Shown here: positions 1 through 10,856 of the stretch, one piece after another | Position numbering within the stretch: position 1 is the first letter of the stretch | Layout: each line of letters opens with the position of its first letter | Assembly: GCA_043228905.1 (NCBI GenBank) | Contig: JBHGNT010000018.1 | Location: 5,394,001 to 5,458,000 of the forward strand | Origin: Azolla caroliniana | Taxonomy: Eukaryota > Plantae > Polypodiophyta | DNA: 64,000 bases | Direction: 5' to 3' | Translations under genes and position numbers: made by a program | The notes under the pieces: model-generated | Database searches by the model: none | What the model was told of the DNA's origin: nothing | The model's input: the letters and a program-made list of their open reading frames with translations, nothing else

Positions 1-3000
1 TGGCCAATCCTTCAGCCTTCCATCACATGCCTTCGCAAGTGCTTTGACAATCGGACTATGTCCTCGTTCGATTTTCCCGTTGGCTTCTGGATTGTATGCC
101 GTTGTCACTGTTAACCGAACTCCATGTTTAGTGAAGAATTCCTTAGCTTTATTAGAGTCGAGTTCTCCCTGATCCACAATCACTTGTCCTACGCACCCGT
201 AACTGCAAAACACTTCTTCCAAAAGGAATTGGCATACCGTAGAACACGTTTTCCTCCGTAGCGCCCGACCTTCTACTTGGTTTGTGAAATCTTCCCGAGC
301 TAACACCAAGTACTTCTTTTGTCCGATCCCGGTTGGCATGGCTACAATATCGACCATACATTTGAAGTTGATTGTTGGTGAGAATGTCGGATGTAACTCA
401 TCTCGGTGTCGAACTTCGGAGTAGATTTGAAACTTCTCGCAGCTTTCCGTGAAATCCGCTATATCTTTGTGCATGTTCTTCCACCAATATTTTTGTTTGA
501 TTTTCACAAAAGTTGCCCATGTTCCTCGATTTCTAGCCCAATCAGATTCGTGAAATTCGGACATTATCCGGTTTCGTTGCTCTTTCGTCCCGACTACTCG
601 AAGTGGTATGCCATCTGATCTTTTCGGCTCTCTCCATAGTAATCCACTTTTCAAGAAGAACTTTCGGACTTGCCGCTTTTTACTTCGAATCTCGTCTCTC
701 TTCTCTTTATTGTCCGATGATTCCTCGATTTCTTGTAGCACTTTCCCGATCAGCAAGCTTTCTCCCTTGTATTCTTCTTCCCGGAATTCTCGGATTACAT
801 TCACCCGGCATATGTGCTCTGAAGCAAAGTAGTCTTCGGAAACTTCTTCATTATCGGATTCGGTTATGTTATCTCCGAACCACGCCCTTGATAACATATC
901 CGCTACCGCGTTGTCTTTTCCGGAGATGTGTCGTACCTCCGGATTAAGCGACTTAACATATGCAATCCATCTTAGCATAGCCACATCCGGTATCGTGCAA
1001 CACCGCATCATCTCGAGTATCGGAAGACAATCCGTTTTGATCACTACTTCGGCTCTGATTAAATAATCTCGATCCGATTTGATTGCTGACACGACTCCCC
1101 ATAATTCTCTTTTAACTTGTGCATATCCTCGTTGCCTTTCGTTAAGAACCTTCGCTCTGAATCGGATTGGATATCGCGAACCTTCCAGATCGGCTTGATT
1201 GATGACCCATCCGATTCCGGTTGGACTTGTGTCAACCGTTACTATGATCGGTTGGTCAAACTTCGGCTTCTTTAGTGCTTCTGCCCTCCGTAGTGATTTC
1301 TTGAGCTTCTTCACGGCTTTGGTATGCTTCGGTTTCCATTCAAACTTCTTACCCTTCCGCAACAAGTGATAGACTGGGTCCGCTATATGTGCATAGTGCG
1401 GAATCCATATGTGGTAAAATGCACATGCTCCAAGAAACCTTCAAACTTCGGATTGTGACTCGCATACTTTTTTCATAGCTTGAATCGCGTCGAATTTGGT
1501 TGGTGACGGTCTTCGGCCGTAGGGCCCACATAGATGTTCGACTACCAATATTTCTTCTTGCCCGAATGCTGATTTCTCACTGGAAAGTGTTAGGTGCACA
1601 TCTTCTAACTTTCGAAGCACTTTCTCGCAATCGCGAATATGGTCGACTACGAACTTTCAGCATCCCCGATCATCCATAGTTTCATCTTTTTCTTCTACCA
1701 CGCATCCTTTCATTGGAATGTAATCTAGGAACTGCATCGTTATCTTCGGAATGCAATCTCGAAGCACCTTGTTCATCGCATTCATCATATGTGCGACCGA
1801 GTTCGTCGCGCCTTGTGGTAGCGTACACATCCGGACTAATCCTATCGGTGTCGCATGGTAGTGATGTCTCGGCTCTTCACAGCTAGTTGGAATTGGTCAT
1901 ATCTGGAGTATAGGTCTTCGATGGAGTATATCGCGTGACTGGCAAATGCTTCCGCAAATTCGTCTACTATCAGACCAACTCCGGAGTTCCGGATTGTGAC
2001 CTTGTTCACCGGTTGCAAATCTTGAATAAATCGGAGTGACCCATTCTTCTTCGGAACCGTAAACCATCGATTTGAGTACGGAGCATTTGATGGCTCTAGA
2101 ATCCCCATCGCCACCTTCTCCTTGAGCAAGTCGATGATTTTCGGAATATGCGCCCGTGGCATCGGAATTGGCTTCAAGTTCCACAGCACATGGTCAATCT
2201 TGAAGATCACCATCGGCTCCACTATCTTCGGGTCAGCGCATCCTATTTCTTTCGATGTAAATGCAAATGCTCTCCCATGTCGCTCTAGCATCCCACGGAA
2301 TCGTTCTTCTTCATTCTTTAATAGGAACCCACCTCCACCGATCCGAAGTTTCTTCCGGGTCTCATCCGTGAAGGCATGTCCGATATCCATGGACTTCCGA
2401 AGTGTCGGATCCCCCGAGACTTCTTTCCTCTTTTGTTCGCTATTTGCGAGTAACGGTCCCGCGACCGGTTTCACTTTCTTCTCCACGGTCTTGTATTTCG
2501 TACTTACCATCGCTTCTTCTTTGCGGAGCGCATCTGGCCCCATTTTCACAATGATCTCGTACATCTTGACCGACTCCATCGGAATTACCCGGTTTCCCTG
2601 GCTTGTATCTTCCGCACGTTCTTCAAGCCGTTGTAGTGTGCTCCCATAGAACACCTCTTCGACTATTCCCACGATTTCTTCGTCTTCTTTTATTATTGAT
2701 GCCGACTATAACTTATCCTTCACTTTTCGGTATTCTTTCTTCATTCCTCCGGTTACGGCCGTGTACGTGGATGCCCCATTCGGACCTATTTGTACTTGTT
2801 TTGCACCGAGAGGTTTCTTCCTGTGTGGGGTATCAGGGCTTCTCGGACTATCACTTCCCCACTCCGCAACAGTCCGCTCTAAAAATCCATTCTTGTTTGG
2901 GACAAGAGCTCTCTCTTGTTCCTTTCATGATTTGCCGGCACCGTTAGGAATTGGACGGATTTCCCTTCGTTTTGGCTCTGAATTCGTGCAAAAGCTGCAC

Positions 3001-4936
3001 TGCTATCGAGCACCTTCGTCTCCATCCGTGATGCCGTGATAAAGGGTTGCTCGAGGATCACGGAGTGTGAGACTTCGTCTTGTATGAAGAAATTTTGGTC
3101 GATATCGACATCCCTAATCTTCACCGTCACATCCGGACAAGTCGCAAATAGATCTTCCATTGCTTTAGTGGCCGCCCGGATCTTCCATCCATGATTGGTG
3201 TTAATAGGCCACTTCCCCTTCTGGTAGAACTCTTTGGACATCAAATTGATCTCCGATCCGTGATCAATCAATGCTATCACGGGCTCTTTGATGTTGCCGA
3301 TTCGGGCCGGAGACTCCATAGTTGCACGGCCCAGTGTGGCTTTGTATAGTGGGAATTCGGAATCTCGTCCTCCACTTCGGTGTCGTTCATCAGAACGGTA
3401 TTTGCATTCACCATTGGTGCATTTTCCTCCGTAGTTTGTCTTTTCCTTTTTACGAGATCCACAAGAAGATCATGGAACTCTTTTTTTGCTATTCCGAGTA
3501 GTTCCCGAAACGAAAAATCTACCCGGCTATCAAGGATTCTCACCTCAAACACCTTTTTCAAGTCCGTTTGTTGTTCGATATCTGAGGCGAGCATGAATGC
3601 CGGAATCGTTCTTCCTTTCCCTCTTCCGTCGGAGTTCCAACTCTCCGGTGTCTTCGATGGTCCAGCCGCATCCTCCGTGCGTCGCCGCTTCTCGTCCACA
3701 TATACCTCATGTAATTGACATAGGGCGTATACGCTATTCTTATCGACGGGGCATTCCCATCCCGTAGCTTCCTGGATGCCTTCCGTGGTGCTTCGGATCT
3801 CGTTAGAGTTGGTTTTCTTGGTGTTTTCTAGCACTACCGGCCAAAAAGACACCTTTGCTCCCGATGACTCCCCGACACATATTCCCGTGGTTGTCGCGTA
3901 ATTGCTCTTCGCCGCTATTTCCTCCTCTAGGACCTTCTTCATGCCACCTTTTCGGAAGTTCAGTTGGAGCGGCTTCCGAGAGTCCATCGAATGAATCCGA
4001 TTTCCCACGTAGTAGATAAGATCCTGTCGTAGCGCTTCCTTGTGCTCGTCGCAATCCCTCCGATCATGTTCGGTGCTATCGCACCATATGCATCGACGGT
4101 CCATATACTTGGAACTTGTGGGACGGTCATCTGACTTCTTCACCATCACGATTTTTAATTTCTCCATCTCCTTCGGCAACTGCTCCACCGTAGTTGCGTC
4201 GATTCCCTTCTCAGTTGTAGCTTCCCGAGCCCACGGTTGATGGTCTTCCAACCCGGATCTCGGTTTCGGAATCGGTTCCGAAACCCTCTTTTCTTCGTTG
4301 GCAAGCCATTGCCCCCTCTTTGTGTATCATGCGATGATATCCCGCACGCTTTCCCATGTTTCGGTGAGGCCACTCTCGGTAGTCGTGTCCTCTAGAAGCA
4401 CTCCAAGATCCTTCCGGTCCCAGACGTCTACAGCTCGTAAGAACATGATAACTTTGTCTGGTGCGAGGATAGCTTGATCTCTCGCAGACAACCTCCCGAA
4501 CCGACTTTGGAATGCTGAAAACACATCGAGGACCTTCATCCCCTTGTCCGGCGATTCTACCCAATCCTTGAATCCTCTCCGCGTTGCCTTGGAGGAGCCC
4601 TCGATAGCAAACGTGGTCTTTAGCGCCTCTTCAAATGCTTCCCACGTTGGATTTTATTGTCGTAGCCCGTGGATACTTGCTTGAAGCTCGTCGGTAGCCA
4701 CCCCGTTGAAGGATGCCACTTGCAGTCCTTCCGAAATCCCGCACCATAGCATTTCCGCCTTGTAGTCCTGAAGATAGCGAGATACGTCCTTCCCGTTGAA
4801 TTGCCCGATCCGTTGCACGAGCCGCTCTAATGCCGCTGATATGTCCGACATCGCAAGTTCTTCTTGAAGCATCCGCTCGAACATCATCATCATGTTGTTA
4901 GCCTCCGGTTGATTTTCCATCTCCTTGCCACCCGTG

Positions 4937-4954
4937 TTCACGTCGGGTTCACCA
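4937..4954 (-). promoter_or_regulatory. Primer-binding site complementary to tRNA-Trp 3' end
   Basis: Minus strand reads TGGTGAACCCGACGTGAA, 2-4 nt after an LTR-like ...TGACACA end; matches the plant tRNA-Trp 3' end (TTCACGTCGGGTTCA-CCA) as recalled. Confidence 0.8.
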
Positions 4955-4956
4955 CT

Positions 4957-5810
4957 TGTGTCATGCCTCACGGCTCCGGATCGTTGCGTGAGTCGGGTGG
5001 GAACCGCTGGGGTTTTGGACTAGGAGGAAAGAAAATTCTAAGGCAATTAAGAATATGAAATATATTGTAAGAAAGAAAGATATGAAAAACTCGTGAATCT
5101 CACGAGTATAGTGTATTAGTGAGTACTCAAATTAAGAGAGAAAAAAATAGTTAGCAAGCTCGTGGATCCCACGATTATATTATATTAATCAACCCTTGTA
5201 AAATAATCAACAACCTCTATACATCTTTCTCTCTTCCTTATATAGTGTTGGAAGAGTCTATGTTTATCACATGCAAGCATCATGCTTTCCTATCTTTAGT
5301 TTTCATGCACACTGCATGTGCATGATTAGCTTTCTAACTCATCTTTTCTTTTTTTAATTTGAGTGTCTATGCATGAATAACTTTTTTGTACCATGCATGT
5401 CTAGAATATTTACATGGGATAAAGTTTAGTATAACTTTAAAATTCATAATACGCTAGTATAATGATAAGGCTTAACATTATTAACATGAAGGTGCAAGGT
5501 TCGAATCTTGCCCTATGCATGTAATATATAATTTTATACTTTCTTCTATTTACAAATATGTCTCTTCATCTGGTGAGAGACTCTCACCGGCCTCCTTCAT
5601 CCGGCTCTTGCCGGTTCTACTTCATCTGGTTCTTGCCGGTTTTCTTTATCTGGTTTTTACCGGATCCTCCTTACTGGCCCTCTTCGTCCGTTTCTCACCG
5701 ACTCTCACCAGCCTTCTTCATCCGACTCTTGCAGGTTCTCCTTACCGGTTTCGGTCCTCACCGGTTCTTCCTTCCGGTTCTCACTGGGTACTCCATATCC
5801 TATCCGGAGA
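4957..5810 (-). repeat. Probable 5' LTR of element H
   Basis: Adjacent to the PBS; minus-strand TATA (CTATATAAG) near 5237-5245; U3 with repeated GGTGAG/AACCGG motifs at 5560-5810; no clear TG terminus at the outer end. Confidence 0.6.
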
Positions 5811-5982
5811 AACCAAAAATGTAATTTTTCACGTAGTGTGTGAATTACACTACGACAACGGCACTCGACAACGTCAAGAAAAGAAAGAGAAGAAACACGC
5901 CATGATAGTGACGACGACGTCGACGGCCAAGAACCAATGACGATAGATGAAGACGACAACGACAACAGCAACAGACGGCGAC

Positions 5983-5986
<4 letters not shown>

Positions 5987-6039
<53 letters not shown>
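5987..6039. repeat. (GA)n microsatellite
   Basis: About 26 GA units directly abutting the LINE fragment. Confidence 0.95.
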
Positions 6040-6043
<4 letters not shown>

Positions 6044-7900
6044 TACCTCAACTTATTCATCCATCTCAATATGGTTTTATTACAGGTAGAAATATATTGC
6101 ATAATGTTTTGAATGTTCATATGGCTACCAATTATGCTCAACATACACATCAAGAAATGGTTATGGTGCAATTAGATTTGGAAAAATCATATGATCATAT
6201 TAATTGGTCTTTCCTCTCATGTGTGATGTATAGTATGGGGTTTGGTTCTCGTATGTGTCGACTTATCTTTTTGCTAGGGCAAAATGCGATTTCATGCGTG
6301 ATGCTTAATGGCGGAGTTACTCCGAAAGTGTTTCTTACTAGATCCATGCAGTAAGGATGTCCACTAAGCCCATTGTTATTTGCTATTGTTACACATCCTT
6401 TGTTAGTAATGTTGTCAAATCTTGCGGCTAATGGTGATATTGTGGGTTTGCATCTTCCTTCTAGTGGACAATTGGTGGCACAAGCATTGGCTGATGATTC
6501 TTTTATGTTTTTACAAGCCTCAAAAGAAAATCTTGAAAGGAGTATGCAAGTTTAAGATCAATTTGCTTTGGCTTTAGGGTTGTATATAAATTGGAGGAAG
6601 TCTCGCCTTATTTCTTGTATGGATCTAGTGATTTGGAATGTTTGGGATGGCGAGGGTCAATGATTACACGAGGATCAATTTATCAACAGTTGGGTTATCC
6701 ATTGGGTGTTGATGTTACAAATGTTCAATTGATTGATTGGATTGGTAGTAAATTGAAGGACAAATATATGTATTGGAAGTCTCAATTATGGCCCTTTCAT
6801 GTATAACTCAAAGTGGTGCAATGTATCTTGATACCTATGTTATTATATTTTTTGTCTTTACTACCTTCGACTAAGAAGGCATTACAAAACATTTTACAAC
6901 CTATTTGGTTCATGTTGTGGCGGAAGGGAGAAATGATGGGATGGATTTCATAGGACCATTTGGCTACTCCTAAATGGTTAGGTGGTGCAGCAATATTGGA
7001 TTTGGAAAGGCATTTGATGGCTCGTAGATTTGCATTATTACGAGATATATGTAAACAAGATCAACCATGGATATCTATGATGCAATATTTTATTAAGCAT
7101 GAAGGATTGGTGCACGGGAAAACAAAGATTCAAGCATCCTGGTGGTCATTACTCAATGGAAGTATTCCTCTAAAGATTCGACATTCTGTATTTAGACAAC
7201 ATTTGGTAAGATCATGGTAAGATGCATTATCTCTTTTTGAATGGGGACCCTCAAGTGATCGAGAATATTGTAATTCATTTCAAAATGAATTGCTTGTTTC
7301 TTCTCGAGTGTTGTTTTGGCATGGGAAAGAGAAGTTGAGATATCAATTCAATTGTTTATTTCGATTGGGGATTCTACATTTAGAAAATGTGGTTGATAAT
7401 GAATCTCAAAGATTGTCGGATTTTGAAGATGCCAAGCGATGGTAATTTCCCCCCCAAATTATAGATTTATTTGGGAGAAATTACAAGATATACCATTGTT
7501 GCAAGGATCTTTGCCATTGAAAACAAATTTTGCACCTTGGGTGGATTGGCGGTTACAAGATCGTACACGCTTGTTACAGATCACTACAAATATATTGTAT
7601 CATCATGTGATGACATCATTATCTTGGTTATCTCCTAATGCAGCAAAGATGTGGAATGTATGTAAGTCAGATGCAAAGTGGTGGAAAATATTACAACGTA
7701 GTTGGCATTCCCATCTACCATTTCGTGCAAAGGTATTCATATGGAGAGTCATGATTGGTGGGCTGAAAACCTATATAAAGAAGCTTAAAGGTATTCTCAT
7801 GTGGAATTTTTGGATGTTAGAGCAATTGGGGATCATTTCCTCAAATGCATATTCCGGTTTTTTAATAGCATTACAGAACGTCTCTCTCCCTACATAGGCA
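6040..7900 (+). mobile_element. 5'-truncated, degenerate LINE (L1/Tx1-like) ORF2: RT plus zf-RVT region
   Basis: LIHPSQYGFITGRNI, QLDLEKSYDHINWSFL, (RQ)GCPLSPLLF, ALADDS, PKWLGG, LPFRAKVFIWRV motifs spread over several broken frames. Confidence 0.88.
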
Positions 7901-8507
7901 TATAATAGGTAGAGGAGACTAAGAAGTATTGTAACTAAGTGGATTTTACATACAATTAATATAATAGTGTGCTTTTACAAAGATAGATAGATAGATAGAT
8001 AGATTATATTATCGTCTTCGGAGGTCAAATATGACCTATGAGACCAAAAATATTACATTTCACGTGATACGTGTGAAAGTGAGTAGTGACTCTCGATGTT
8101 CAAGAACTTTACCAATGATTGTTGCAATCGAGAGTGCACATTCTGGTTGTGAGAGGAATTCATGCAAAGATTGGGCTTGGTCGAAGAGATGTGGAAAGCA
8201 TGGTCAAATATGATCAAAGGCAAAGCATTGTATCAAAGTGTGATACTTAGACTCGCGTACTTGTTTAGTGCAAAGTGTGCATAGCCGACCACTCTCATCA
8301 CTTATGCCCCATCACCCTGTTTCACATCGCAATGCATGTGAGCTAAGTCGCATGGAAGCAATGGTTCAAATGGCAGATAACAGTATGGGCTCTAACATGT
8401 ATCGATGTGTACGATTTCCTCGTTCCGCAAAGAATATAGTTTTGTAGTTAGGTGCAACATGTGTAGTATAATGTGTGAAGCGCGAGCCTCCGCATTTGTC
8501 CCATGTC

Positions 8508-8541
<34 letters not shown>

Positions 8542-8849
8542 ACCACACTGTGGCAAGGGCAACCTTCTAGCAAGGATTTTTTTGTATTCTAAGGTTGCCC
8601 TTGCCACATTGCTACTTTTGAAGTAGTTTTGATAGCAAGGTTTTTTTGTATTGTTATGTTGTTTTAATATAACATACAATTACGAAAAAAAGAGAGAGCA
8701 CCACACTCAATGGAGTAAAATGTGTGAATCTAAGAACTTCAAGAGAGAGAATGAGGACTAGCTCCTCCGTATGTAAGGCCCGAATATGGCCATTGGGACT
8801 AGTCTTTGGTGGCTAGTGGTTGCGTAAACGCGTGCGTGTCTACTTGAGC

Positions 8850-9396
8850 TAACAATCGGCAACGGTTCGGTTCGGTTCGGTTTGGTTTGAGAGGGTCCAA
8901 ACCGAACCGGTTTGGAACCGAACCATTTTAAAATGTTGAAACCTGAACCAAATCGAACCGTTAAACATTTTTCAAACCGTTAAACCATTAAACCGTAAAA
9001 ACCGCGGTTTCGTGGTTCGGTTTCGGTTTTCAACATAGGTCAAATTTATTTTATTTTATTTTTAAATTTATAATATTTCATTATTTAGAATTTTTAGAAT
9101 TTTTAAGATGTTTCTAAAATGTGAGAATAAGAGTAAAAATGAAAAGATTGTTTAAAAACAATTTTTAAAAATTTTTAGAATTTTTTCAATTTTTTTTTTA
9201 AAATTAAAAAAATTAAAAATTAAAAACCGTTAAACCGTTTAAACCGCGGTTTTTGACTGCTGAAACCAAACCGAAACGAACCGTTTAAAAAAACCTAAAC
9301 CTAAACCGAACCGAACCGAACCGTTGAAACCGTTAAGCCGTTAAACCGCGGTTTCACGGTTCGGTTCGGTTCAAACCGAACCGTTGCCGATTGTTA
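8850..9396. mobile_element. Non-autonomous hAT-superfamily element (MITE-like, 547 bp)
   Basis: TIR TAACAATCGGCAACGGTTCGGTT / AACCGAACCGTTGCCGATTGTTA; perfect 8-bp TSD ACTTGAGC (8842-8849, 9397-9404); dense subterminal AACCG/CGGTT repeats; AT-rich centre. Confidence 0.93.
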
Positions 9397-9477
9397 ACTT
9401 GAGCAAGACCTTGGGGGACTTGGACCTCGTCACTTGGGAAATGGAAGAACTGATGGAATTGATTCATTCATTAGAAA

Positions 9478-10770
9478 ATGGCAATTACCCCTGAACAAGC
9501 ATTATCAACGAATAATAAAATTGATGAAGATATGACATTTGATTTAATCTTGGGTGCCTTACTAGATTTGTGGGACACTTTTGTCACCACACATGGAAAT
9601 GATGACACTTCAAACATGAAGAACATAATCCTAAAAATGAAAAAGAGAAGAGATCCTTCAAGACTAACGAGCCTTTGAGTCATCCATCCTCTCTCGTTCA
9701 GGTCCCCAGTGGTCCCTCTCATGTAGCATATGTACATGCGTAGCTTCACGACGTGGAAGGAACACACGAATTTTGTTATGATTTTTACCCATTTCCTCAA
9801 ACTCCACCAAACCCATGCAACAATTTATCACTCAACTAAAAGAGAAGTTTCCATTGAAGTATCTTGGACCATAGAACATTTTCAAGGCAAAAAAGTCACA
9901 CAATAAAATAAAGGATACACTCTCTCTATCTCAAAGGAAATTGGTAAAAGAAATTCTCCAAAAATTTGAGATGGTAGAGTGTAAACCTATCTCCACACAG
10001 TGACCATAAATGATAGTCCCAGATTCCACACCAACCTCAAGATCTACATTTGGGATGGTTTTCACTTTTATAGGTGCAACAATTGCTTGATGAACTAGAA
10101 CACAATCTTTTGTTGCACTTTCGAGTACTAAAACTGAGTACATTAATGCAACCCTTACTGCAAAAGAAGGCCTCTAGATAAGGAAAATCATTGAAGACCT
10201 TGATATCTTCGAACTAAAAGAAATGAAGATATTTTGCACTAATTAATCAAACAAACATATTCGAGCTTGTCATCATTTATCAGAGACTTGGTTGAAGCAA
10301 AAGTGATGTCACTTGAATACACCTCTCCCACAACCATGTGGGCTGATTTTCTCACAAAACCCATACCATACCCCCAGCAAAAGGCATTGGATATGTTGTT
10401 CCAAGGGTAGGACTCAAATTAGAGAAATCAAACAAATTGGTTGTTTACCTTAAGTTGGGGTGTTAGAAGATTTAATATTAGAATTACTACACACTAATAT
10501 GTATAAATAACAGATATTAAATAAAAACGACAATAAATAATTTAAGAACTTATTCATGTAAGATTGGTTCACAATGAACATCTACCTGTGAAATGATAAT
10601 TTAGTCTCTCATTTTTATTCAATACACAAACCTATATATATATACAATTATTATTCTTTGTTAGATAGTACCTTAAATTCCTAAAAGTCCCTTATTCTTC
10701 TACAACTATTTACTATGAATCTCCCTTTGTGCAACTTGCTTGGCTTGTTTGTCTTAGAGGGAGTAGTCCC
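9478..10770 (+). mobile_element. Highly decayed Ty1/copia remnant (gag, RT and RNase H fragments, PPT, probable 3' LTR from 10461)
   Basis: IDEDM..LIL..L...WDTFVTT gag-like segment; KFEMVECKPIST; VALSSTKTEY; WADFLTKP; AAGTTGGGG followed by TGTTAG at 10461. Right boundary uncertain. Confidence 0.65.
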
Positions 10771-10856
10771 AACTTAGACTATCATACAAATAGCTTCTCT
10801 GCATTGGATAAGTATTGTCAAGTCTAAGCTCAATCTCTAAGGTCTGATGAAGCTAG

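Larger units (their letters stand above)
1..5810 (-). mobile_element. Ty3/gypsy LTR retrotransposon (element H), degenerate and cut off by the window start; tRNA-Trp PBS
   Basis: Minus-strand domain order is gag (CIWCDSTEHDRRDC knuckle), protease (ALIDHGSEIN, 2879-3319), RT (PSNAPYSNRWFTVPKKNGSLRFIQDL, 1842-2672 and onward), RNase H, integrase core (TAYNPEANGKIERGH near 60-110). It has many stops and frameshifts. PBS at 4937-4954; outer LTR end not resolved. Confidence 0.88.

Noticed and set aside
5515-5971. ORFs in the LTR of element H
   Set aside because: Arise from low-complexity U3 repeats; no protein features.
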